NCBI GenBank assembly: GCA_964016885.1
Contig: OZ024742.1
Span: 1,364,001-1,428,000, forward strand
Source of the DNA: Eledone cirrhosa
Lineage: Eukaryota
Direction of reading: 5' to 3'
Length of the DNA: 64,000 nucleotides
The translations under genes and the position numbers were made by a program. Below the pieces are notes generated by a model that saw only the letters and a list, made by a program, of their open reading frames with translations, searched no databases and was not told the DNA's origin. Below, one piece after another: positions 14,130 through 26,900 of the stretch (positions are counted from its first letter, which is position 1; each line of letters begins with the position of its first letter).

Positions 14130-14650
14130 TTTCAACAGTCTCAGATCAAGTCACTTGCCAGACATGTACAACACAGTCTCAGATCAAGTCACCTGCCATA
14201 CATGTACAACACAGTCTCAGATCAAGTCACTTGCCAGACATGTACAACACAGTCTCAGATCAAGTCACCTGCCATACATGTACAACACAGTCTCAGATCA
14301 AGTCACTTGCCAGACATGTACAACACAGTCTCAGATCAAGTCACCTGCCATACATGTACAACACAGTCTCAGATCAAGTCACTTGCCAGACATGTACAAC
14401 ACAGTCTCAGATCAAGTCACCTGCCATACATGTACAACACAGTCTCAGATCAAGTCACTTGCCAGACATGTACAACACAGTCTCAGATCAAGTCACCTGC
14501 CATACATGTACAACACAGTCTCAGATCAAGTCACTTGCCAGACATGTACAACACAGTCTCAGATCAAGTCACCTGCCATACATGTACAACACAGTCTCAG
14601 ATTAAGTCACTTGCCAGACATGTACAATTCCAAATTATTTCATTGTTACG
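14130..14650 (+). CDS. Candidate coding exon of unidentified gene A, containing an in-frame 38-bp minisatellite
   Basis: Acceptor ttgttttag at 14121-14129 and weak donor G|gtagta at 14651. Frame FNSLRSSHLPDMYN...SKLFHCY is open throughout and ends in phase 1, matching the exon at 17128. Confidence 0.35.
14135..14627. repeat. 38-bp minisatellite, 13 copies, alternating two variants (76-bp dimer)
   Basis: ACAGTCTCAGATCAAGTCAC(T/C)TGCCA(G/T)ACATGTACAAC; TCAGAT recurs every 38 bp from 14141 to 14597. Confidence 0.97.
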
Positions 14651-15728
14651 GTAGTATAAGAATAGTAGGTTATTAGAATCATTAGAATGTTATAGTTAAA
14701 GCTTTGTAGCATTTGTTTCTGCTCTTTATAGTTTGAGTTCAATTCCCACTGAGGTGACCCGTGCTTTTCGTCCTTCTGAGGGTCGATAAAATCAACTTTC
14801 CCCTTCTTCCAAATTGTCATGTATGTGAAGTTATATGGAAAATAAAATTAGTTTTAAAAAAGCCAGTTACGATGAAGCTATGTTTATGTAAACATAAGTA
14901 GATCACAACACGTTCTTTTCTATCAAATGCTGATATCACAAGCATTGATAGACAGGGTAGTTGTATAGCCCTAGGTTAGTCCTGATCAACTAGTCCTGTG
15001 GTAGTGCTGGTACCATTATAGACTACACTCAGTACACTCTGTAAAGTGGTAGTGTTGGTGCCATGATAAATACACCCAGGACCCTCTGTAAAGTGGTAGT
15101 GTTGGTGCCACAATAAATCTGGTTGTCGTTATGAAGGGCATCCAGTGATAGGATCCAAGCCAAAATAAGGAATATATGAACAAGATATCGTCTTGGATTG
15201 TGAGGATACGTCCAACCCATGCCAACATAACGGACGTATGATGATGATGGTTGTGATGATATTTAACACTAGACTTAGCGAGAGATGTCAGCTGCTCCAA
15301 GAGAGCCTGAGTTATTACATAACATTAAATACTGTCACACCACCGAAGACTGGGTTTTAGCTTCCCTAACAAATTAAATATGTTCCTTACCTCCGACGGG
15401 ACCTCTACGTGAACCTCACTAGACCTGCTAAAAGAAATAGCAACCGAATCTCCCTCAACTCATATCGAGCGTCTTTAAATAGGGAAGAACACAGAAACTT
15501 TAGTGCTGAATTCTCTTTAAGGAGACAGGATGGCCATGGCTGGAATGCTTTTGATCATGGGTCTGTTCCATCAGGCTTGACCTAGGGCTAAACAACAGCA
15601 ATAGCTGGTGTTCATATGACAGGAAAAAGACATTGTGAGGGGTGTTAACCGTGGTAACCAATCGCTAGCTACAGAGTCAGTGCGTGTGTGTACACAAACA
15701 CAGTCACATGTGTGTGTGTGTGTGTATA

Positions 15729-15758
15729 TATCTACAATACTTTCTATACCTTTCATTC

Positions 15759-15793
<35 letters not shown>

Positions 15794-15915
15794 TAAAAGG
15801 TATAGAAAGTATTGTAGATAGAAGCCAACAGTATTCCATAATATATAAGTGACTATAACGTCAAAATGGAAAAATAGTTAACGTAAGATGTGGGAAAATA
15901 ATTCAAACTCAATTT
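15729..15915 (-). mobile_element. Dispersed repeat with short inverted end around (TA)n
   Basis: 15791-15915 is the reverse complement of 46215-46347; 15729-15760 is an inverted copy of its end across a TA run. Confidence 0.6.
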
Positions 15916-16139
15916 TAAAAAAAAATCAAGACATCGACATATCCACAGAATTTTGTGAAATCCATAGAGAGAGAGAGGGGGAGGGGGGGGGGAGAAGGGA
16001 GAGTGTCTTTCCACACAATGTACTGTTATACTGTGTGGAAAGACGAAAGCTAGAAAGTTAAAACATGGAAACACTTTAGAATGTAAAGATAAACGACATA
16101 TTTGAGAAAGAAGGAAAAAGACAGAAATATAGGCATAAT

Positions 16140-16310
16140 AATTGTTTCTAGTTTTGGCACAATTACCCAGTACATTACTGGTACTTTATTTTATCGACCA
16201 CGTAAGGATGAAAGGCAAAGTTAACTTCGGCGAGTTTGAACTCAGAACATGAAGGGCCATAACTCTATGCTGCAAAGCATGGTGTCTGACGCTCTACCAA
16301 TACTGTCAAA
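16140..16310 (-). mobile_element. tRNA-derived SINE family 2 (GACTTTGCCTTTCATCCTTACGGGGTCGATAAAATAAAGTACCAG domain)
   Basis: Reverse complement of the copy at 35620-35800. Confidence 0.8.
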
Positions 16311-16358
16311 CCAGATAAAAATGACTGTGTACAGTGCTCATATATAGTGTATGTGGCT

Positions 16359-16397
<39 letters not shown>

Positions 16398-16455
16398 GAG
16401 ACCATCACTAATCTATTAATGTCGATGTAATTCTTATATCGATATTACTTGGGCA

Positions 16456-16579
16456 TCCACTGATGAGTTCATAAGAGCCCGCTTGTGTATAAAACTATTG
16501 GTTATATACAAGTTTCTACATAACCTGGAAACTATTTATCCCAAATTGTAGAAATCTTATAACGAAACGGCCGTCTGGA
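16456..16579 (+). ncRNA. Type I hammerhead ribozyme, intact core, branched helix II
   Basis: TCCA-CTGATGA-GTTCATAAGA...TCTTATAAC-GAAA-CGGCCGT-C-TGGA. Helix I TCCA/TGGA, palindromic helix III ACGGCCGT, predicted cleavage after C16575. Confidence 0.85.
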
Positions 16580-17127
16580 AGGAAAGAGATATTTATTTAT
16601 GTCTCATATAAAATAATACAACCAGCTATCCACGGAATACTGACTAGTTAGCACCCCAAACACTAAATTGGGAATATACTTAGGTATATCCTAACGTTTG
16701 TTGAGTGAGATGGAGTTGGTCAGGGTATCGCTTAAGGATTTCTCTGTTAATGTATTAAATATATATATATATACGAATCACATGCTATATATATATAGGA
16801 GAGAGAAACAGGCAAGTAATGAGAACTAGAAAGATATATAGATAGGATGAGAAAGAGAGAGAGATATTGAGAGAGATGTGAGAGAAAGACATGGGAGTAG
16901 TGGGGTAGGTAGGGATGTGTCTGGTGTGTGTTGGACAAAGAGACTAGCAGACAGTGAAATAGACATTTTAAGTAGACAAAGTGATGGGAAGATAGAAGAG
17001 AAATGGAAGATACACATGAAACATAGAGAAAGGACTGCTTTTGAATGGATTAGTGAGAGGAAGAGCAGTGCCTGTGGCCCTTTAAAGAGGTAGGAAAGGT
17101 GAGAGGAATGAAGGATATTAACTTCAG

Positions 17128-17169
17128 ATGAGGAACCTGGTCCACAACAAAGTAGACTCCTAACAGCAG
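17128..17169 (+). CDS. Candidate exon of unidentified gene A ((D)EEPGPQQSRLLTA)
   Basis: ttcag acceptor and CAG|gtgagg donor, 42 nt; only the phase 1-1 frame is open; joins the exon at 21139 in frame. Confidence 0.5.
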
Positions 17170-17823
17170 GTGAGGTGGTGCTAGTAGGGATGTTAATGTG
17201 ATGAGACAGAGAAAGATGAAAGAAGAGAGAGATGGTGGTTAAATGACTTCAATATACGAGATTTCTTCTAGGGATGATGATGAGAGAGAGAGGATGATGA
17301 TGATGAGAGAGGAAGAGGAGAAGATGACGATGATGAGAGAGAGAATGACGACGATGATGGTGAGAGAGATGGCGACAATGATGAGAGAGAATGACGATGA
17401 TGATAATGAGAGAGTGAGAAGGAAGGGAAGATGACAACGATGGTGGCGATGAGAGAGGTGGCGATAAGAGAAAACCAAAAAATATAGTTAGAAAATAAGA
17501 GACGATGAAATAAAGAGAATAGAGAGACAGAAATGAAATGGTGAGATGAAAGATAAATAAAGTACCAGTAATGCATTGGGTATTTGCTGGCCTTGTGCCT
17601 AAAGTAGAAACAATTATATTTCAAATAACGATGAAAATGAGAGAAAGGGGGGGGGGGGATATGTGAATATGACAACGTCACAAGATTTTGTTGGATAAAT
17701 GAATATTTAGTAATATGTAGTAAAGCAAAGACCCCGTCTTCAGCATTACATATCCAACATACAATATCTCTCTTATACCAATTTATCGATTTCACTTCCT
17801 GCGTTTCGTGGTGAAAATGTGTA

Positions 17824-17879
<56 letters not shown>

Positions 17880-17950
17880 AGGGCGGTGCCCCAACATGGC
17901 CTCAGCCGGATGGCTGGAACAGGTTAAGAGTAAAAGAGTAATATATATAT

Positions 17951-18017
<67 letters not shown>

Positions 18018-18259
18018 ATGTGTATATTATGTGTATGTATGTGTGCATGTATATGTATGTATGTCTGTGTATATATGTGAGTATGTATATGTGTATATAT
18101 ATGTGTATTATAGTACCTGAGCTGCTGCTGATTACAGTGTTAACGAAATATACACCCATGTTACGTTACATGGGTGACACGTATATTAAATATACACACA
18201 ATTACATATACAGGCACACACACGTACATACATTCAGACACACACGTCTATGAATTCTA

Positions 18260-18848
18260 ATGATGAGGATGTGATGGTGGTAGTGGTGTTGGTGGTTGTG
18301 ATGATGGTAGTGGTAGTGGTAGTGGTTGTGATGGTGGTAGTGGTGGTAGTGATGTTGGTGGTTGTGATGGTGCTACTGTGATGGTGTTGGTAGTTGTGAT
18401 GGAGGTGGTGGTGATGGTACTGATGTTGATGGTGGTGGTATTGGTGGTTGTGATGGAGGTGTTGGTGGTTGTGATGGAGGTGGTGGTGATGGTACTGATG
18501 TTGATGGTGGTGGTATTGGTGGTTGTGCTGGAGGTGATGGTGTTGGTGGGTGTGATGGAGGTGGTGGTGTTGGTGGGTGTGATGGAGGTGATGGTGTTGG
18601 TGGTTGTAATGGAGGTGATGGTGTTGGTGGTTGTGATGGAGGTGGTGGTGTTGGTGGGTGTGATGGAGGTGGTGGTGTTGGTGGTTGTGATGGAGGTAGT
18701 GGTGTTGGTGGTTGTGCTGGTACTGCGATGTTGATGGTGGTGATTGTGGTGGTGTTGATGGTGGTTGTGGTGGTGATGTTCATGGTGGTTGTGGTGATGT
18801 TGATGGTGGTTGTGATGGTGGTGGTGGTGAAGGTGGTGGTGGTGGTGT
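18260..18848. repeat. (GGT/GAT)-rich low-complexity repeat
   Basis: Degenerate trinucleotide array. Confidence 0.9.
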
Positions 18849-18931
18849 CACGAGAGAGCTATTTTTATGATGGTAAAAGAAAACATCCTAAAAGGATGTA
18901 AACTTATAAAAAAAAAACGTATATATCTATG

Positions 18932-18997
<66 letters not shown>

Positions 18998-19308
18998 GTA
19001 TATGTAGGTATGTCTGTGTGTGGATGGATGTGTTTATGTAACAAAGTGTTTGTTAAAATATCAAAATCCCAACATATATATGTGTGTGTATATATGTTAT
19101 ATTAATATAACCTATACGTATCTAGATGTGTGTGCGTGTATATATATATATATATATATATTATACTAAAGTGTGTATATATGTGAGGCTATAACATGAC
19201 TTTATACCTATATGTATAAATGTAAGTATATGTCATACCAATGTATGTATGTATTAAAGCAAATATAAAAACCTTAACATAACACACACACAATATATAT
19301 ATATATAT

Positions 19309-19525
19309 ATAGGAACGAGTAGGACCCCGACGGCTGAGCTCAAGCCGTTTCGACGGCTAATTCTGGACTAAATGACTCATTTAGTCCAGAATTAGTCGTC
19401 GAAACGGCTTGAGCTCAGCCGTCGGGGTCCTACTCGTTCCTATCACCCACTCTACTACCCTAAGTATTGAGTACTTTGGTGCGTTATGGTCTATCTGGTT
19501 CCTTACCACATTTCCTTCGTGTTAT
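19309..19525 (+). mobile_element. Fold-back element: 135-bp palindrome containing the 3' half of a hammerhead
   Basis: 67-bp arms with one mismatch, centred on 19376; contains GAAACGGCTTGAGCTCAGCCGTC; second copy at 43622-43804 on the - strand. Confidence 0.7.
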
Positions 19526-19759
19526 ATATATATATATTTATATATAGTAATAATAATAAATGTGAAGACTAAAATCCAAAGAGGGCTCGATAAGGATAAA
19601 TATATATCAAATATATAAGAACCCTAGAGCAAATATTTATTAAAATAACAGATTAAAGATCCCGTTAAGGGTGAAAGCAGCGATTCTTTGCTTAAACTTT
19701 AATCTGTTATTTTAATAAATAAATATATATATATATATGCAATATTAATAAATGGAAAC

Positions 19760-19825
<66 letters not shown>

Positions 19826-20427
19826 CATAGGCAGAGAGGGATTCATCATTATAAATTTGGCCAGCAGCTCCTTATATTTATCTGTATCAAGGAAACTAAT
19901 GTCTTAAGAGTGAAAGAAGACAAAAGAACAGACTCACACAGGCACTTACGTACACAGGCACTTATGTACACACACACAGGCACTTACGTACACACACACA
20001 GGCACTTACGTACACACACACAGCCACTTACGTAACACACACACACACACAGGCACTTACGTACGCACACACACAGGCACTTACATACACACAGGCACTT
20101 ACATACACACACACACACTCACATACATAGAGAGATAGACACACATAGTCATACATAGATAATTGTTTCTACTTTAGGCACAAGGCCACCAATAACCCAG
20201 TGCATTACTGGTACTTTATTTTATCGACCCCGTAAGGATACATAGAGACATACATAATGACACCCACATACAGACACACTGACACACACACACACATACA
20301 TATACAACGTTTTGTAAATACATAATGACATGTTTATAATATATTTCCTGTTTATGTTATATTACACACATACATACTTATACACACAAAAGCGCCTGTA
20401 AAATTTGGTATATATATACAAATTGAT

Positions 20428-20545
20428 CTGAGTTCAAATCCCGCCGAGGTTGACTTTGCCTTTCATCCTTACGGGGTCGATAAAATAAAGTACCAGTAAT
20501 ACACTAGGTATTTGCTGGCCTTGTGCCTAAAGTAGAAACAATTAT
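20428..20545 (+). mobile_element. SINE family 2, partial
   Basis: B-box-like GAGTTCAAATCC plus the central domain matching 35683-35800. Confidence 0.8.
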
Positions 20546-21138
20546 TAATATATAACATTAGCTGTTATGCTGTGTTGTGTATGTGTGTATATATATATAT
20601 ATATAAGTCCGGCCGCATTGATGTATATGTGTGTGTGTGTTATATAGTCTGTACATAAAACATAAGTGGCTAGCTGTTATATATACACAGGCGGTGTTGA
20701 AACCTATCACACACCTTACGTTAATTTCATTTTATAACAACAACAATGTCTTTGACAGTAACAACAGAACAAAAGAATGATTACAATTGGAATAATAATT
20801 GTCTCCAGTATTAAGGCACAATTACATGATACAGCGTATATATATGTATATATGAGTGTTGTGGATGTATACAGGGTGTATGTGTACAGGGTGGATGTAT
20901 ATAGTGTGGATGTATACAGGGTGTATGTATACAGGGTGGATGTATATAGGGTGTATGTATACAGGGTGGATGTATATAGTGTGTATACAGGGTTTAGCGA
21001 AATGTATATTACGGATTTTAATAAGCCAAAACCAAATGAATATGGCCTCGGATTTTTATTGATAGATACATATACATACATATATATGTGTATATATATA
21101 TTTATATACACACACACACACCTATGTATGTGTTCCAG

Positions 21139-21236
21139 AAAGTCAACATATAGTGGAGGTACAGTCTGTATATAGTGAACTATTATGGAATGATCCCCCA
21201 GTTCATGGCCAGCGGTGCCAGACACTAAAAATCAAG
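21139..21236 (+). CDS. Candidate exon of unidentified gene A ((E)SQHIVEVQSVYSELLWNDPPVHGQRCQTLKIK)
   Basis: gttccag acceptor and AAG|gtaaaa donor, 98 nt, phase 1 to 0; non-repetitive island within microsatellites. Confidence 0.55.
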
Positions 21237-21691
21237 GTAAAATTTTGGATTATTTTTGGACAGGAAAAGATGGAGAAAGTCTTATAATCCATAATTCCGC
21301 AATAAAACCTTCTGCTTCTCTGTATTTCTCATCTGTTTTCTCTCCCTGTAAGTTACCATTTCAAGGAATTAAATATTACTAATATTATTAGAAAAGATAT
21401 AAAATAACAAGTTTTCTTCTTCTTACCTCGAATTATGGCGAATTACTGGAGACTCTTGGAACAGATTATTCCGATAATTCTTAACTCCATCACAAACACC
21501 TTTATATTTATTGTGTGTATATATGTGTGTGTGTATATATGTGTGTGTATATATATATATGTGTATATATATTTGTGTGTATGCATATATATATATATGT
21601 GTGTGTATAACGTGTGTATATTCGTGTAAATATATGTATGAATGAATGTATATATATGTATATCTATATATTTAGATAGATATGTGTGTGT

Positions 21692-21728
<37 letters not shown>

Positions 21729-21974
21729 TAAATTCTATGTATGTATATATTATAACAAGGTGGTAGAAAAGACGAAGTAGTTATGTTATGTTATGTTATG
21801 TATATTTAAAAAAGCCAAATATCCAGTAAAGTAGTGAAACCTCATGTATGTTTAGTTCCTTGGTATATAATATTCTGGTGTATATAATCACAGATATACA
21901 TATATAAAGCAGGGTCAATGTAGAGAAAAAGATGAGGGAAACACTGTTACGGCTGCCATGGCCGTTTGGCACTA

Positions 21975-22305
21975 ACTACTCTCTCTATTACTATTACTCT
22001 ATCACTCTCTCTCTATTACTATTACTCTATCACTCTCACTCTCTCTATTACTATTACTCTATTACTATTACTCTATTACTCTCTCTATTACTATTACTCT
22101 ATCACTTTCATTCTCTCTATTACTATTACTCTATCATACCCACTTTCTCTATTACTATTACTCTCTCACTCTCACTCGCTTTTACTATTACTCTATCAAT
22201 CTCACTCTCTCTATTACTATTACTCTATCACTCTCACTCTCGCTATTACTATTATTCTATCACTCTCACACTCTCTATTACTATTACTCTCTCACTCTCA
22301 CTATA
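21975..22305. repeat. CTCT/ATTACT compound minisatellite
   Basis: Repeated CTCTCTATTACTATTACTCTATCA-like units. Confidence 0.9.
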
Positions 22306-22353
22306 ACTCATTCATTGGTTAGTTTCTCTCCCTCTCTCTATATATTTTACTGT

Positions 22354-23040
22354 CTGTGCTCCTGCGGAGAAGGGTTGCACACGTATTGGTACACTGCTCG
22401 GGCATTGCCGATCTGTGGGGCTATGTCGAACGACTGCTGTCAAGGGTGGGACCGATCCGGTTGACCACCGAGTCTATTGTAACGATCAAGCCGCCTCCCC
22501 TCTTCAAAAACGAAGGAGAGGTGGTGTTTCTGTGCGTAATAGCCATGGCAAATGGGGTTGTATGGTGGACGCGTCTGAAAGGACTGAGGTCAGACACCTT
22601 TCTCTCTGGCCAACAACTGGTCCGTTTCTTCCGATATCATTTCGGAAGAAGGATCAGGATGGAGAGAGAGGTGCTCCACCCCAGCCGTTTTTATGAGAGA
22701 TGGGTGAAAGTGGCGAGAATGGCCCGTGTGAATGGGCCTTCACTCTACATCAGACTATAGGTGAGGAAGATGAAAGATCAAGGGAGCACCCCCTCTCTGT
22801 GCTCCTGAGGAGAAGGGTTGCACACTTTTTTCGGGGGTGTGTGTGCGACCCCCCAAGGCGCCTCCTCCCTATTGAGGATTTTGTTATTAAATTTATTTTT
22901 GTTATATTTTATATATTATTTTTTATATCTTGTTATTGCCTCCTCCTTATTGAGGACGCCTTGTTATGTAAACTCCCCCCCCCCCCCATTGTACTTGTCC
23001 CACTTGTTGATGCCCTGGTGGCAAATAAAAAGAAAGTTAT
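22354..23040 (+). mobile_element. Tx1/L1-clade non-LTR retrotransposon 3' fragment (copy 1)
   Basis: Near-identical to 23827-24480; ORF2 C-terminus, 3' UTR, AATAAA. Confidence 0.8.
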
Positions 23041-23129
23041 CTGTATCTAGATAGATAGGTAGATAGATAGATAGAGAGATAGATAGAGAGAGAGAAAGAG
23101 AGAGAGAGAGATGTATCGGTTTGTCTCTA

Positions 23130-24480
23130 TCTTCGTATTACATGTCGGGCGGAGGTGGCGAACACTTATATAGCGTCCGTCATCTACTACCGCCTGACCG
23201 TTGTGCCTTGCCCAAGGGAAACGCTCGCCAAAATGGAGCGCGCACTCTTCCAATTCCTTTGGAAGAAGCGGGCTCCTATGGTGAGGAGATCCATCTGCTG
23301 TCAACACCCTTTGAAAGGAGGGCTGGGGATGCCGTGGCTAATGATACGTAAACACGCATTAAGGCTACGGCACCTCCAGGTATTCCTGACCGGTCAACCG
23401 GTGTGGGCCCCGTTTGTGAGGCGAGCCTTTCCCAGACTCATCTCACTCACCGAGCTGCAATCCTGGGTCAAGCAAAGACCGAGAAAACTGGGCACCTGGC
23501 ACACCGAGTGTGCCCAGGCGCTCACGGCTCTCTGGTAGGCGGACCCGGCTGTCAGTGGAGAATCCACCTCGTCATTCTATAGAGGGCTGGTGGTTAGCAG
23601 GTGCAACAACGCCTTCGGAGAAGCCCTAGGCATGGAGGAAGACGAACTGAACAACCTGTTCGGTAGGACATTCAGTCAGGGACCCATGGATAACTTCCAG
23701 AGGTCCCTGGCCTGGCAGTGCTACCGAAGGGCTCTGCCCGTTCGAGAAAGGCTCTACAGACACGGGCGCCCGGGTAGGGACCCCTCGAAAAAGATCTGTC
23801 CCAGATGCGTGTGCGACGAGGAAACCGTTGCACACGCTTTGGTACACTGCTCAGGCATTGCCGATCTGTGGGGCTATGTCGAACAATTGCTGTCAAGGGT
23901 GGGACCGATCCGGTTGACCACCGAGTCTATTGTAACGATCAAGCCGCCTCCCCTCTTCAAAAACGAAGGAGAGGCGGTGTCTCTGTGCGTAATAGCCATG
24001 GCGAAAGAGGTTGTATGGTGGACGCGTCTGAAAGGACTGAGGTCAGACACCTTTCTCTCTGGCCAACAACTGATCCGTTTCTTCCGATATCATTTCGGAA
24101 GAAGGATCAGGATGGAGAGAGAGGTGCTGCACCCCAGCCGTTTTTTATGAAAGATGGGTGAAAGTGGCGAGAATGGCCCGTGTGAATGGGCCTTCACTCT
24201 ACATCAGACTATAGGTGAGGAAGATGAAAGACCAAGGGAGCACCCCCTCTCTGTGCTTCTGAGGAGAAGGGTTGCACACTTTTTTTCGGGGGTGTGTGCA
24301 ACCCCCCAAGGCATCTCCTCCCTATTGAGGATTTTGTTATAAAATTTATTTTGTTATATTTTATTTTATTTTTATATCTTGTTATTGCCTCCTCCATATT
24401 GAGGACGCCTTTTTATGTAAACTCCCCCCTTTTGTATCTGTCCCACTTTTGATGCTCTGGTGGCAAATAAAAAGAAAGTT
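23130..24480 (+). mobile_element. Tx1/L1-clade non-LTR retrotransposon, 5'-truncated and decayed ORF2
   Basis: FLW...GGLGMP post-RT motif and a CPRC-x7-H-x4-C zinc knuckle (zf-RVT-like); stop at 23536 and frameshift near 24145; polyA signal. Confidence 0.85.
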
Positions 24481-24557
24481 ATATATATTATATATATATA
24501 TCTATATCTTTCTATCTATATATCTATCTCTGTATCTATCTATTTATATATCTGTCT

Positions 24558-24912
24558 TTGGAAGAAGAATCAGGATGGAGAGAGAGGTGCTGTACCCCAG
24601 CAAGTTTTATGAAAGGTGGGTGAAAGTGGCGAGAATGGCCCGAGTGAATGGGCCTTCTCTCTATATCAGCCTGTAGGTTGAGGAAAAGAAGGAGGAGAGG
24701 AAAGGAGTACAAGCTCTTCGTACTCCTGGAGATGAGGGTTGCACATTTTTTTCGGGGGTCTGTGTTACCCATATAAACTGTCTCCCTCTATTGGGGAAAA
24801 TCGACTAACTTTTAAATTCCATCTGTGATAACATTTTACACGTTTTTATTGTATGTAAACTTCCCCCTTTGTATTTGTCCCCTTCTTTTGTGCCCCTGTG
24901 GCTAATAAAGAA
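24558..24912 (+). mobile_element. Tx1/L1 3' fragment (copy 3, diverged 3' UTR)
   Basis: FGRRIRMEREVLYPSKFYERWVKVARMARVNGPSLYISL matches the other two copies. Confidence 0.8.
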
Positions 24913-24949
24913 ATATATCTATTTATATATCTGTCTATCTTCTAACTAC

Positions 24950-26270
24950 ATCTCTCTCTCTCTCTATCTATCTCTCTCTCTCTCTGTCATTTATTTAGCC
25001 CCTCTCTTTTTGTCTCTTATTTACTCTCCCCCTCTCTGTCTACGTCTCTTTTAATTACTCTTTCTCTTTACATATCCTTTCATTCTTTTTTCTTTCTATC
25101 ATTTTTAATTACACTTTCTCTTTCAATCTCTTTTATCTCTCTCTTATTTACTCCACTCTCTCTCTCTCTCTTACTTACTCCACTCTCTCTCTCTCTCTCT
25201 CTCTCTTATTTACTCCACTCTCTCTCTCTCTCTCTCTTACTTACTCCACTCTCGCTCTCTCTCTTATTTACTCCACTCTCTCTCTTTTATTTACTCCACA
25301 CTCTCTCTCTCTCTCTTACTTACTCCACTCTCTCTCTCTCTCTCTTATTTACTCGACTCTTTTTCTCTTTCTCTCTTGTATTTACTCGTTCTCTCTCTCT
25401 CTCTCTCAGTTGTTTACTTTTTCTCTTTTAGTGTCTGTGTATTTCTTTCTCTCTCTCTCTATTTCTCTGCCTGTCTCTTAATCTTTCACCGTCTTTATCC
25501 CCCCCCCCTCTATCTCTCTATCTATCTATTACTGTCTCTAGTCACGTACTCTTTCACCTCCCTCTCTACTTCACACCCTCTCTCTCTCTCTCTCTCTCCC
25601 TCTCTCTTTAGTCAATCCTATAATCTCTTATAGTCACACTTTTACTCTGTAACTTTCTCCCACTATCTTTTACTCTCTCTCTTACTCAAATACCCACACC
25701 TACAGGCTACCCCCTCTCTCTCTCTCTCTCTCTTTCTCTCTTACGTGTTTATTTATGTATCCTTCCTTTCTTTAATTCGTCTTCTAATCCCCCTCTCTCT
25801 ATTCTATTAGTATTTCTCCTGTTATATCTGCCATTCACTATCATATTTTTTCTCTCTTTGTTTAGTCAGTATTTCTCCTACTATTTCTCCTGCTATCTCT
25901 CTCTCTATTTATCTATCTTTTCGTATTCGTTCTCTTTCTTTATCTTCGTCTTACTCTCAACCACATTTTCCCGTTTTACCGCTCCCATTCTCTCTTTCTC
26001 TCTCTCTTTTATATATCTTCTTTTTCTTTTTACTCCTACCATTGTTCTCCTTTTCTCTTTCTTTCTCTCTGTCCACCTTGGGGATTTTCTCTCCCCCTCT
26101 TTGTCCAATAGACCTTTTCTCCTTCACCTCTCCCTTCTCCCCCCCTCTTTCTCTCTAAAACTTCATATAATTATCTACATCCGTCACTACCACCTCCCCT
26201 TCCTCCCTCTCCTTATATTAATCTCTTCATCTCTCTCTCACTCCTTCTCCCCCCTCTTGTCCTATCCTCA
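24950..26270. repeat. CT-rich low-complexity region / (TC)n microsatellites
   Basis: Pyrimidine-rich strand with TTACTCCACTC(TC)n units. Confidence 0.85.
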
Positions 26271-26339
26271 ATGTCTTCTTCCTCTCTGGACCTATTCCAC
26301 TCTTATATTTATCTCTACCGCCACTCCCAGCGGTCGATG

Positions 26340-26900
26340 GACCTACTAGAAACAGCAGTTAAATGTCCCTCAATCCGTACATTACCCTCTTATCAAGACA
26401 CATCAGTCAATGTTATCCAGGGCTACATTATTCCTGAAGGAACAGTCGATATGGTCATGGTTGGATGGGACGTTTGATCCTAGATCCGTTTAAATCTCTC
26501 AATCCTCTACACAGTCGCTCGACATGCTAGATATAACAGCCAAATTTCCCTCAATCCACCCCGTACCGCACCCAAAATTTTATAAAAGATACATCGATAA
26601 TATTGTCTTGGATATAATATATTCTTGAAGAAAATATGGAATGGCCATTGCTGGAACGGCTTTGATCATATAAGGATGTCTGTCTGCCTCTGTCACTGCT
26701 GGCCTAGGGTTAAACGAGAAACGCCATCTCATAACAAATAATCCTCTATGCAGTCACTGGACATGCTAGAAATAGGAGTTAAATCTCACTCAAATTACAC
26801 CCGGTTGTCTTAAATAATGAAGTCCACTGTTTCAAGAGAAAAAGACTGGAATTGTGTTGTCTACTAAACTAGAGTTGATATAGGGTTAAACAGCTATAAC
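26340..26900 (+). repeat. Three degenerate tandem copies of a dispersed SINE-like repeat (GCTAGAAATAGCAGCCAAATCTCCCTCAA...GGCTAAACAAC)
   Basis: Similar segments at 15420-15600, 35040-35112 and 38230-38270. Confidence 0.55.

Noticed and set aside
17239-18783. Poly-Pro/Val/His/YI ORFs here and at 44135-47567 and 48891-49560
   Set aside because: Microsatellite translations.
19633-19722. Possible hammerhead (TTAAAGA-TCCC..GGGT-GAAA) within an AT-rich inverted repeat
   Set aside because: Core has two substitutions including G5, and helices I and III are not convincing; only the inverted repeat is real.
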